DNA of 64,000 nucleotides from an uncultured Aliarcobacter sp. (GTDB taxonomy: Bacteria; Campylobacterota; Campylobacteria; Campylobacterales; Arcobacteraceae): assembly GCA_963677435.1 (NCBI GenBank), contig OY781945.1, forward strand, positions 1,152,001-1,216,000. Direction: 5' to 3'. The notes beneath the pieces were generated by a model. The model had not been told where the DNA came from, made no database searches, and saw nothing but the letters and a program-made list of their open reading frames with translations. Below, piece by piece: positions 45,106 through 54,272 of this stretch (its first letter is position 1; every line of letters begins with the position of its first letter). The translations under genes were made by a program, and so were the position numbers.

Positions 45106-45128
45106 ATCAGCAGTAAAGGAAAAATAAA

Positions 45129-48100
45129 TTGATAAAAAATTATATCGTATTAAAAGAAATTAAAACTAATGTGTATTTAGTTAAAGATCTTAAAAATAAT
45201 CAGTTAGTTGTAAAACAATATCCAAAAAATGAAAGTAAATATACCTCAATATATTTACATGAAATAGAAGCTTTAAAAAAATTACAACATCCCAGTATAG
45301 TGAAAATTGAAGATAATGAAGATAATGACGAAAATTATTACATATTATTTAAATATATTGATGGTAAAAATTTTGTAGATAATTTTTATAATTTAAACAA
45401 TGATAAAATGAAATGTGGTTTTTTTAAATCAATTATAAAAATTCTAGAAACAATAGATTATATACATACTCATGATTTTATTCACAAAGATATTAAACCT
45501 AGTAATATAATTATTGATTACAACAATAATCCTTTTATATTAGATTTTGGTACAGCTACAATATCAAATACAATCACAAGAACTCAGCAAGATTTATCAT
45601 TATGGTATGCTAGTCCTGAACAAAAAAATAATCAAGAAGTGGACATAACTACAGATTTATATTCATTTGGAATTACGCTAATAGAAACACTTGTAAATAA
45701 AGATGATTTTGAGAAATTTACACAAAATTCTATTTCAATTGATGAATTAATTAATAATATTACAGTTTTTAATGATGGTATAAATGAAGAAATTAAAAAT
45801 ATTATTAGAAAGCTTACTTATAAGAAGAGAACTGAGAGATACCAAAGTGCAAAAGAAGTTATTATTGATATTAAAAGAGTATTAAAGTTTTTAGATTGTG
45901 GAGATCTATATAAATTAGAATTAAATAATAAAGTAAAAGAACAAATACAAAATGATTATAGCTTATCTTCTTGGGATATAAACGACTTTATTGAAAAAAA
46001 ATTATCTGAAGAAATATGTTATGTACAATTTGACATCGACAAATATGAAAAAAATGAAATAAGAATTGCGATAAGTGATTTTGTATTGTATTGTGCTATA
46101 AGAGATGAACATTTTTTTATAGTTCGGTATACTCAAATATCAAGTAGTGTTGATTATGTAAAACAAAATGGATTTATAATAGATGACAGATTTACTTTTA
46201 ACAGTAATTTAAACTACTCTATAACTCATTCTTTAGTAGAAAAACTTGTGGATTTAAAAAAAGAAAATGATAAAAAAAATATTGTCGATAAAGAAAAGAA
46301 AAGTTTTTTAGATAAAACAGACATGCAACTTAAAATTGAAAGAGCGATACTTGATAAGAAGAACATTTCATTATTTGCTAAAAAATCAGCTAATGGACAT
46401 AAAAAAGGAAAAAAAGAGTTAATTGTTGAGATAGTTAATTTATCAAATATTGAAATTACAAAAGAGCATTTAAAAGATTCTACAAAAGATGATGAATTTG
46501 TACATAGATTATTTGAAGATGGATTTATAGATGATCCAAATAATCAAGATGTATTAAAATTACTGAACGAATTAATTAAAAATTATTTTTTTGAAGAACA
46601 TAAAAAAGAAGTTATAAAAAAACTTCATTTTACGAATAAGTCAAGAATAACTATACAAGATATTGAAACTAATTTTATTTCAAAATATAAAGAAATAAAT
46701 ACTAACTCCGATAAATTAAAGTTTAATTCTGGATTATTATTTTTTATATATCCAGATTATCTAATAAAACAAAAAGAAGAAGAAAAATACTTTACAGTGA
46801 ATGATGATGTAGTTATTGAGTCTATTGTAAAAAACAGTAAATTTAACGAAAAATTTACTGTCAAGAATATAGATACACCAAACAAGCAAATTATATTAAC
46901 TTATGAAAAAGAGCTTAGCAAAATTCCAGATGAACTAAAAATCTCATTTGATTATGATAGAAATACTGGTGTATTAAAAAAACAAGAATATTCTATAAAA
47001 GATTTAAAAAGCAATAATACAACAATAGAAAATTTACTAAGTAAAATATCAAATCCTAATACATTAGCACCTAAACGTGAAATACCAAAATGTAAAAGCT
47101 ATTTTAATGATGATATTGATGAAAACCAACAAGAAGCGGTAGATAAAGCAACCTCCTTAGAAAATGGAGAATATCTAGTAATTCAAGGACCTCCTGGAAC
47201 AGGTAAGACTACGGTTATAACAGAAATAATTAAACAAATTTTATCAAGAAATAAATTAGCAAAAATTTTAGTTACTTCACAATCAAATCAAGCAGTTGAT
47301 AATGTATTAGAAAAAATATGTGAAAGTGAAGAAAAAATTGTAAGGTTTGGTAACGATAAATCTAAATTATCTAAAATTGCAAATAAATATCATGAAGAAG
47401 CAGTTTTTGATAAATATTTACAAACTGTAAAAAATAGATTGGATAATGATAATACTAATTATTTTATTCAAAGTGAATGTTTAAATAAACTTCACGAAAA
47501 ATGGAAACATCAGATCTTACAAGCTGATGATGAGCTAAAAACACTTTTGTTTAAAAAAATCAGAGTTATATTTGGAACATTAGTTGGGATTAGTAGTTGG
47601 CAAGATTTTAGGTCAGTTGAATTCGATTACATTATTGTTGATGAAGCAGGAAGAGCGACCTTACCAGAACTGATGATACCACTAAGACGAGCAAAAAGAT
47701 TTATATTAGTTGGAGATCATAAACAACTACCACCAATTGTAGATGATAAAATTGTGGCACAAATGAAAGAATATGATAAAAAAGATTTAGAAACGACACT
47801 CTTTGAAGAATTATATAACAAAATAGATCATAATGATTTCAAACATTTTCTTAAATATAATTATCGTTCACATAGAAGTATCGCTAAAATATATAGTGAT
47901 ACTTTTTATAATGGAGAAATTGAAACTAAAGATTTTTTAGTACGAGAACATGGACTTAATTTTGATAAAAAAGTATACTTTTATTCTACTTCTAAATTAG
48001 ATGATAGATTTGAGAAACCTTCAGGAGCTACCGGCCTTAAAAATGATTTAAACTGTAATGAAATATTAAATATCCTTGAAGAAATACAAGAACAATGTTT

Positions 48101-48500
48101 AAAAAATAATCTTAATAAATCAGTAGGTGTTATTACTCCTTATTTGGAACAAAAATACAATATATTCAATAAATTTAATCCTAAAAAAAATAAGTATTCT
48201 AATTTAACTGTTGAAATAAATACTATAGATGCATTTCAAGGTAGTGATCGAGATATAATCATATATGATATTGTAAGAAGTAAAGATAATGGAACTGCAA
48301 ATATTCAATTTGTTGCTGATGAGAAAAGATTAAATGTAGCACTATCAAGAACAAAAGAACTATTATTTATAGTAGGTGATGCTACATTTATTTATAATGC
48401 TTCGATTAAAGATAAGAATAATCCATTTAAAGCAATTATTGAGATGATGAGTAAAGATAAAAACAATTATGAAATAAAAGAGTTGAAAAATGATAAATAA
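45129..48500 (+). CDS. Ser/Thr kinase fused to SF1 (UPF1/DNA2-like) helicase; MkoA-like
   Basis: Kinase HKDIKPSN, DFG, YASPEQ, DLYSFG; helicase QGPPGTGKT, DEAG, LVGDHKQLPP, NYRS, TIDAFQG, RLNVALSR; TTG start with AAGGA RBS. Confidence 0.85.
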   Translation: MIKNYIVLKEIKTNVYLVKDLKNNQLVVKQYPKNESKYTSIYLHEIEALKKLQHPSIVKIEDNEDNDENYYILFKYIDGKNFVDNFYNLNNDKMKCGFFKSIIKILETIDYIHTHDFIHKDIKPSNIIIDYNNNPFILDFGTATISNTITRTQQDLSLWYASPEQKNNQEVDITTDLYSFGITLIETLVNKDDFEKFTQNSISIDELINNITVFNDGINEEIKNIIRKLTYKKRTERYQSAKEVIIDIKRVLKFLDCGDLYKLELNNKVKEQIQNDYSLSSWDINDFIEKKLSEEICYVQFDIDKYEKNEIRIAISDFVLYCAIRDEHFFIVRYTQISSSVDYVKQNGFIIDDRFTFNSNLNYSITHSLVEKLVDLKKENDKKNIVDKEKKSFLDKTDMQLKIERAILDKKNISLFAKKSANGHKKGKKELIVEIVNLSNIEITKEHLKDSTKDDEFVHRLFEDGFIDDPNNQDVLKLLNELIKNYFFEEHKKEVIKKLHFTNKSRITIQDIETNFISKYKEINTNSDKLKFNSGLLFFIYPDYLIKQKEEEKYFTVNDDVVIESIVKNSKFNEKFTVKNIDTPNKQIILTYEKELSKIPDELKISFDYDRNTGVLKKQEYSIKDLKSNNTTIENLLSKISNPNTLAPKREIPKCKSYFNDDIDENQQEAVDKATSLENGEYLVIQGPPGTGKTTVITEIIKQILSRNKLAKILVTSQSNQAVDNVLEKICESEEKIVRFGNDKSKLSKIANKYHEEAVFDKYLQTVKNRLDNDNTNYFIQSECLNKLHEKWKHQILQADDELKTLLFKKIRVIFGTLVGISSWQDFRSVEFDYIIVDEAGRATLPELMIPLRRAKRFILVGDHKQLPPIVDDKIVAQMKEYDKKDLETTLFEELYNKIDHNDFKHFLKYNYRSHRSIAKIYSDTFYNGEIETKDFLVREHGLNFDKKVYFYSTSKLDDRFEKPSGATGLKNDLNCNEILNILEEIQEQCLKNNLNKSVGVITPYLEQKYNIFNKFNPKKNKYSNLTVEINTIDAFQGSDRDIIIYDIVRSKDNGTANIQFVADEKRLNVALSRTKELLFIVGDATFIYNASIKDKNNPFKAIIEMMSKDKNNYEIKELKNDK

Positions 48501-49782
48501 TGTAACTGAAAAAGAAATTTATGCAAATAAGTTTTACAACTACTACAATGATGATGATTATACACTATATGATATTCAAGAATTTTACTATCCTTTCTAT
48601 CGTATAAAATGTAACTGTATTTTTAGAGAAAAAAATAAAATATCTATTGTTGAAGAAAACTTTTTAGAAGCAATAAAATGTGGCATAAAAGATTATGAAT
48701 CATTGGAGCAATTTTTAGCACTTGACAAAGAAATATTTGAAGAAGTTGCAGGTAAATTACATATAGATAATTTATTTATAGAAACTCCTTTATTGCAATT
48801 AACTGAACACGGTAAAAAAATACTTGAAGATGGAGCGAAATTAAATAGTGTTGAAGATGAAGAGTATGTTACACTTGATGGTATCACTGGTGATACTTCA
48901 AATGAATATATTGAAGATGAAAAGAAAAATGATAAATCAAAAAATATAAACCATTTAAAACCCCAAATACCATACCCTAAAAATGAAACTTTAGACAGAG
49001 TAATTAATAATAAAGCTTTACAAACAATTTTATTTGAGGAGATAAAGAAAAAAGATAAAAAAGAGAAAGAGATATATGAAATAAATGAGATAGTTGGAAA
49101 GCCATTTAAAGTTCATAAAAAGTATTTTGTTCTATTTTTTAAAAATAATGAAAACCCTAAAAAAATATTGATTATAAAAAATGGTCATCCCGATGATACA
49201 ATGACAGAAATAATTAATAAAATTGAGCAGGATGGTAAAAATTTATTTGATCTCTCAAGAGATGCACAAGCAGAGAATAAAAAGCTATTTGAACAAAAAA
49301 ACATATATGAGTATTCACAAATTGATAATTTAACTAATGGCACTCAATTGAGTACATACGAACATCCTAAGTTTTTTGAATATGCTTTTAAATATTCAAA
49401 AAAAGAAGTTGTAATAATTTCTCCTTGGATAAGATGGGAAATTATAAAAGAAAAAAAAGATGCTATTGAAAATGCCTTAAAGAGAAAAGTTGAGATATTC
49501 TTTTTTTACGGTATGGGTAAAAAAGATGATTTAGACAAACAATCTAAAGATTTTTTTATAGATATGCAAACAAAGTATCCTAAACTTTTAAAGTTTAGTA
49601 CAAATAATGATATTAATGACCATTCAAAAATTATCATCTGTGATAGAGATTGGATGGTTACAACTAGCTTTAATTGGACATCATTTAAAGGTGATGAAAA
49701 CAGAGAAGAGAGAAAAGAAAGAGGCAGTTTTATTAATGATAGAAGTGAAGTGATAAAAACAGTTAAAGTATACATAAACTAA
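48490..49782 (+). CDS. Phospholipase D-family nuclease domain protein; MkoB-like
   Basis: C-terminal IISPW, HSKIIICD (HxKxxxxD), TSFNW; N-terminal winged-helix-like 'LTEHGKKIL'; overlaps upstream gene. Confidence 0.8.
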   Translation: MINNVTEKEIYANKFYNYYNDDDYTLYDIQEFYYPFYRIKCNCIFREKNKISIVEENFLEAIKCGIKDYESLEQFLALDKEIFEEVAGKLHIDNLFIETPLLQLTEHGKKILEDGAKLNSVEDEEYVTLDGITGDTSNEYIEDEKKNDKSKNINHLKPQIPYPKNETLDRVINNKALQTILFEEIKKKDKKEKEIYEINEIVGKPFKVHKKYFVLFFKNNENPKKILIIKNGHPDDTMTEIINKIEQDGKNLFDLSRDAQAENKKLFEQKNIYEYSQIDNLTNGTQLSTYEHPKFFEYAFKYSKKEVVIISPWIRWEIIKEKKDAIENALKRKVEIFFFYGMGKKDDLDKQSKDFFIDMQTKYPKLLKFSTNNDINDHSKIIICDRDWMVTTSFNWTSFKGDENREERKERGSFINDRSEVIKTVKVYIN

Positions 49783-49785
49783 TAT

Positions 49786-49839
49786 GTATAACAAAACCTA
49801 GCAGTGAACGCATAGCGTCACTGAAGTCAAACGTTAGAT
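49786..49839 (+). repeat. attC site 2 (54 bp)
   Basis: GTATAAC-AAAAC-CTAGCAGT-GAACGCATAGCGTC-ACTGAAG-TCAAAC-GTTAGAT; 47/49 identical to attC1 from TATAAC to GTT. Confidence 0.88.
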
Positions 49840-49921
49840 TACATAATATCAAGAACGTTGGACGTTGGGTCAGACCCCATCTGTCAACTTTTCTGAAATA
49901 AACTTGAACATTTTTCTTTTA

Positions 49922-50440
49922 ATTCTCATGAATACCTGATGGTCTTCGCATTTCTTACTTTTTGGTTTCAAAAAAGCAAGCTTTGTTCTTATACTCACAT
50001 TGAGAAAAAAGACTGCCGAATTGATGAAGGCAAAGATTCCTAAAATCTTAGCTTCATCAAAGGCAGAAATTCTTAGTGTTCAAACTATCTTTTTTAAATT
50101 GATATATGATAGTTTGAATTTTTAAGTTAAAGAAACAACCGAATGAATCTCTTTCTACATCTGCAGGAGCCGAATGTTTATTTTTATTTTTTCTAAACAA
50201 GATTGGCAACTGTTTGAGTGTTTAAAAGTTGCTAAATGCAAGTTTTAATAAACGAGTTTTCTCAAAGAGAGTGCAAGCATAAGCCAATCAGAAAAGATTA
50301 AAATAATAAATGAGGGAAGCTTTGCCTCCGAAGCCGTAGTTATTTTTGCTTACTTTTTGTCAATACATGCCGGAACAAGGTGACTAAATCCTGAAAGGTA
50401 AAAGTAAGAAAAGCGGAGAGGTTCACCTCTTCAAGAGAAT
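49922..50440. other. Structured non-coding element with imperfect ~41-bp terminal inverted repeats (MITE-like or ncRNA)
   Basis: Ends ATTCTCATGAA...TCTTCGCATTTCTTACTTTT and AAAAGTAAGAAAAGCGGAGA...TTCAAGAGAAT; several internal stems; no ORF in the track. Confidence 0.55.
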
Positions 50441-50560
50441 ATTTTTTAAAAAAGATGTTTTATTTTTATATGATTTAATATTCATTGTTTCAAAATATCA
50501 TTTCCACTCACTTCTTATAACTCCTATAAAATAAGACTTATAAAACAAATTTTAAAATTT

Positions 50561-50588
50561 AAAACAATTTTGAAACAATTTTGTTTCA
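50561..50588 (+). promoter_or_regulatory. Direct/inverted repeat, candidate regulator site upstream of the TAXI operon
   Basis: AAAACAATTTT-GAAACAATTTT (11-bp period) overlapping palindrome TGAAACAA-TT-TTGTTTCA. Confidence 0.5.
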
Positions 50589-50631
50589 AAAAATGTTATA
50601 CTTCTCTTAGTTAAAAACTAAGGAGAATATT

Positions 50632-51651
50632 ATGTTTGGAAACTCAATCTTAAAAAAAATATTAGCAACAACAGCGCTGACTGTTTCAATGCTAAGTGTT
50701 GCAAATGCAGCAAGTGAAACTAAGTATGTAATTGCAACTGCAAGTACAGGTGGTACTTATTATCCAGTAGGTGTTGGAATTGCTACTATTGCTTCAATAA
50801 AACTAGCAGAAAAAAATAAAATGACTTTCTCTGCAATTACAAGTGCTGGAAGTAATGAAAATATTGATATGTTAGGAAAAGGTGAAGTAAACTTTGCAAT
50901 TCTACAAGGTCTTTATGGTTCTATGGCTTGGCAAGGAAAAGGTCAATATGAAGGTAAAGCTCAAAAAAATCTAAGATCAATCACAATGCTTTGGGAAAAT
51001 GTTGAGCAAATTACTGTTAAAAGTAAATATGCAAAAACTGGTAACATCAAAGATATGAAAAATCTTTATGGTGAAAGATTCTCAATTAGTGGTAGAAGTT
51101 CAGGTTCTAGAGTTTCAACTGAAACTATTTTTAGCTCACTTGGAATTGATTACAATAAAATGGATTTAGAATATTTAGGTTATAGCCCAAGTTCTACTGC
51201 ACTTCAAGATGGAAAAGTACAAGGTATGACAACTCCATCAGGTACTCCAACATCAGCTGTTACAAATGCTTTTGCTTCAATTGGAAATGATAATATTAAA
51301 GTACTTAATTTTACAGCAGAAGATTTAAAAGCAATAAATGATAACTATCCTGTATGGAATCCATTTACAATAAAAGCAGGAACTTATCCTGGTCAAGATA
51401 AAGATATAAATACAATCGCTCAACCAAACTTATTAGTTGTTACAAAAGATACACCAGAAGAGACAGTTTATCTTTTAACTAAAACAATTTATGAAAATTT
51501 ACCATTTTTAAATAGTGTACATAAAGCAACACTTGTAATGTCACTACAAAAAGCAATTGTTGGTTTACCAATGCCTTTACATAAAGGTGCAGCTAAATAC
51601 TATAGAGAACAAGGTATAAAAATACCAGATTCACTTATAGACAATAACTAA
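50632..51651 (+). CDS. TAXI-family TRAP transporter substrate-binding protein
   Basis: Signal peptide, IATASTGGTYYPVG, GSNENI, PLHKGAAKYYRE. Confidence 0.93.
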   Translation: MFGNSILKKILATTALTVSMLSVANAASETKYVIATASTGGTYYPVGVGIATIASIKLAEKNKMTFSAITSAGSNENIDMLGKGEVNFAILQGLYGSMAWQGKGQYEGKAQKNLRSITMLWENVEQITVKSKYAKTGNIKDMKNLYGERFSISGRSSGSRVSTETIFSSLGIDYNKMDLEYLGYSPSSTALQDGKVQGMTTPSGTPTSAVTNAFASIGNDNIKVLNFTAEDLKAINDNYPVWNPFTIKAGTYPGQDKDINTIAQPNLLVVTKDTPEETVYLLTKTIYENLPFLNSVHKATLVMSLQKAIVGLPMPLHKGAAKYYREQGIKIPDSLIDNN

Positions 51652-51679
51652 AAATAAAGAGAGAAAACTCTCTTTATTT
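51651..51679 (+). terminator. Hairpin after TAXI binding-protein gene
   Basis: AAATAAAGAGAG-AAAA-CTCTCTTTATTT. Confidence 0.6.
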
Positions 51680-51741
51680 ATATGGTACATAAGTGATTTA
51701 AAATCATTTATGTAGCTTATAAAAAATTAAGGACTATCATC

Positions 51742-53691
51742 ATGATACAAATAAAATATTTTAAAGAGATAACATTTGCATATGCAATACTAATCTCACT
51801 TTTTCACTTTTATGTGAATATTTGGGGAGGAATAAGTGATTTATGGTTTAACTCTGCTCACTTTGCCCTTTTAGCATCACTTGGTTTTTTGACTTATGAA
51901 TCTAGTAATGATGATAATAAAATAAGCATATTTAACATAATTTTTGCGTTGCTTTCACTAAGTACTTTTGTTTATATGGTTCTATTTGAAGAGAGTTTAT
52001 ACGATGTTGCAAATGGCCAAATGAGAACAAGTGATGTGATAGCTGCATGTCTTACAATTGCCCTTGCAATTGAGATGGTAAGACGAGCAACGGGTTATAT
52101 TATTCCTATTATCATTATTTTATGTATTTCATATATTTTGTTTTTAGGTCAATATTTTGAGGGTATTTTTGCATTTGCTGGAATGGATTATGAAAGATTC
52201 TTATATAGAATGTTTTATACAAGTGAGGGACTCTTTGGGCCAATTGCTACAATCTCATCTACTTATGTATTTATGTTTATTTTATTTGCCGCTTTTTTAT
52301 TAAAGTCAGGTGCAGGAGATTTTATCGTAGATGTTTCAAATGCAGTTGCAGGGAAATATACAGGTGGAACAGGACATGTGGCTGTATTTTCATCAGCTTT
52401 AATGGGAACAATTTCAGGAAGTGCAGTTGCAAATACAGTTTCAACGGGATCTATTACAATTCCTATGATGAAAAAAGCAGGTTTCAAAGGAACATTTGCC
52501 GCAGCAGTTGAAGCAGCTGCAAGTACAGGTGGACAAATTATGCCTCCAATTATGGGAGCAGGGGCTTTTATTATGGCACAAATTACAAATATACCTTTTG
52601 TGACTATTGTAACAGTTTCTATTTTGCCAGCAATTTTATATTTTGCATCTATCTCTTTTTATATTCATATCCATGCAAAAGAGAACAATATCAAAGGTGA
52701 AGAAAGTAATATAAAAGTTCTTCCATTATTAAGAGAAGGGTTTCATTTTATTATTCCACTTACAACATTAGTTGGACTTTTGATTTATGGATATTCTCCT
52801 ACATATGCGGCTTCTATTGCAATTGTTACAATTGTTTTAGCTTCATATTTAACAAAAAATAAAAGAATGGGAATAAAAGAGATTTTAGAAGCCTTAGCTT
52901 TAGGAAGCCAAAATATGATAGTAACGGGTGTTTTATTAATAGCTGTTGGTGTTATTGTTGGAGTTATAAATATCTCAGGTGTTGGAATTACTTTCTCTCA
53001 ACTTATTATGGAGTGGTCAGGAAACTCTTTATTAATTGCTATTGTTTTAGTTGCTCTTGCTTCACTTATTTTAGGAATGGGATTGCCTGTAACTGCATCT
53101 TATGTTGTATTATCAGTTTTAAGTGCTCCTGCACTTGTTGGACTTATGTTAAGTCCTGAAATGGCTGCACTTGTAAATGCTGGAATTCAACTTCCAGAAG
53201 CTGCTATGTATTTATTATCAGCCCATTTAATTATTTTTTGGCTATCACAAGATTCAAATCTTACACCACCTGTATGTTTAGCAGCTTTTGCAGCAGCTGC
53301 AATTGCTAAAACACCTCCGATGGAAACAGGATTAGTTTCTTGGAAAATTGGAAAAGGAATGTATATTATCCCTTTATTATTTGCCTTTACTCCCCTTGTA
53401 ACTGGTGATTGGTATGAAAGATTTGAAGTATTTATTTTTGCATTTTTTGGAATTTTATCTTTTTCTATTGTTATGGAAGGTTTTTGGGATAAAAAGATGT
53501 TAATACTTGAAAGAATCATGTTTGCAATTGCTACAATTTTATTATTAACTGAAGATGAGGTATATCATATTGAGTCATATTTTGGTATAGTTCAAACAAC
53601 ACATATTGTGGGATTCATAATATTTGCTGTTTCTATGATTCTACATAAGATGTTATTTAAAGAAGGAAAAAAATATGCAGGAATTAATTAA
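51742..53691 (+). CDS. TRAP transporter fused permease (4TM/12TM)
   Basis: GTISGSAVAN, AASTGGQIMPPIMGA, LGMGLP, TPPVCLAAFAAA. Confidence 0.93.
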   Translation: MIQIKYFKEITFAYAILISLFHFYVNIWGGISDLWFNSAHFALLASLGFLTYESSNDDNKISIFNIIFALLSLSTFVYMVLFEESLYDVANGQMRTSDVIAACLTIALAIEMVRRATGYIIPIIIILCISYILFLGQYFEGIFAFAGMDYERFLYRMFYTSEGLFGPIATISSTYVFMFILFAAFLLKSGAGDFIVDVSNAVAGKYTGGTGHVAVFSSALMGTISGSAVANTVSTGSITIPMMKKAGFKGTFAAAVEAAASTGGQIMPPIMGAGAFIMAQITNIPFVTIVTVSILPAILYFASISFYIHIHAKENNIKGEESNIKVLPLLREGFHFIIPLTTLVGLLIYGYSPTYAASIAIVTIVLASYLTKNKRMGIKEILEALALGSQNMIVTGVLLIAVGVIVGVINISGVGITFSQLIMEWSGNSLLIAIVLVALASLILGMGLPVTASYVVLSVLSAPALVGLMLSPEMAALVNAGIQLPEAAMYLLSAHLIIFWLSQDSNLTPPVCLAAFAAAAIAKTPPMETGLVSWKIGKGMYIIPLLFAFTPLVTGDWYERFEVFIFAFFGILSFSIVMEGFWDKKMLILERIMFAIATILLLTEDEVYHIESYFGIVQTTHIVGFIIFAVSMILHKMLFKEGKKYAGIN

Positions 53692-54271
53692 TACTTTAAA
53701 GTCTTGTGGTTATGATCCACATTTTGTACAAACAAAAGAAGAAGCTTTTGAATTAGCAAAAACTTTTATAAAATCTGGAATGAGTATCGGTTTTGGAGGC
53801 TCTGTTACAGTAGGGCAAATTGGATTATTAGACTATTTGACAAATAAAAAAGATGTTATTTTATATAATCAATATGAAGCTGGAATCACAATGGATGAAA
53901 ATATTGAAAGAAGAAGACAAGGTTTAGTCTCTGATATTTTTGTTACAGGAATAAATGCTTTGACAAAAGATGGAAAAATAGTAAATGCTGATGGTAGTGG
54001 AAATAGAGTAGCCGCTTTTTGTTATGGGCCTAAAAAAGTTTTAGCAATTGTTGGTGTAAATAAAATCGTTGAAAATTTAGAAGCAGGTTTCAAAAGAGTA
54101 ATGGAAGTAGCAGCCATTAAAAATATTGATAGAATGAATACAAAAGCCATAGATATGGGAAAAGAACCAAGACACAATCTTGATAATATTGCTAATAAAT
54201 TTACTTGGGTAAAAGCAGATGACAAAGATAGAATCACAATTATTTTAATAAATGAAGAGTTAGGATACTAA
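53675..54271 (+). CDS. LUD (lactate utilisation) domain protein
   Basis: GGSVT, NALTKDGKIVNADGSGNRVAA, GPKKV, GVNKIV. Confidence 0.8.
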   Translation: MQELINTLKSCGYDPHFVQTKEEAFELAKTFIKSGMSIGFGGSVTVGQIGLLDYLTNKKDVILYNQYEAGITMDENIERRRQGLVSDIFVTGINALTKDGKIVNADGSGNRVAAFCYGPKKVLAIVGVNKIVENLEAGFKRVMEVAAIKNIDRMNTKAIDMGKEPRHNLDNIANKFTWVKADDKDRITIILINEELGY

Positions 54272-54272
54272 G

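Larger units (their letters stand above)
45100..49833 (+). mobile_element. Integron gene cassette 2 (4734 bp): Mokosh type I-like system
   Basis: Begins G|TTGTACAT; its attC2 inverse core ATGTATAAC is an 8/9 reverse complement; only ~29 bp before the first start codon. Confidence 0.8.

Noticed and set aside
45052..49839. The two 54-bp repeats as CRISPR repeats or IS/transposon terminal repeats
   Set aside because: Only two copies, 4.7 kb apart, in direct orientation, with no cas or transposase genes; the internal R/L box structure fits attC.
50571..50588. TGAAACAA-TT-TTGTTTCA as a parS site (parAB are in the window)
   Set aside because: Arms are in the opposite order to the parS consensus TGTTTCACGTGAAACA; no canonical parS noticed.
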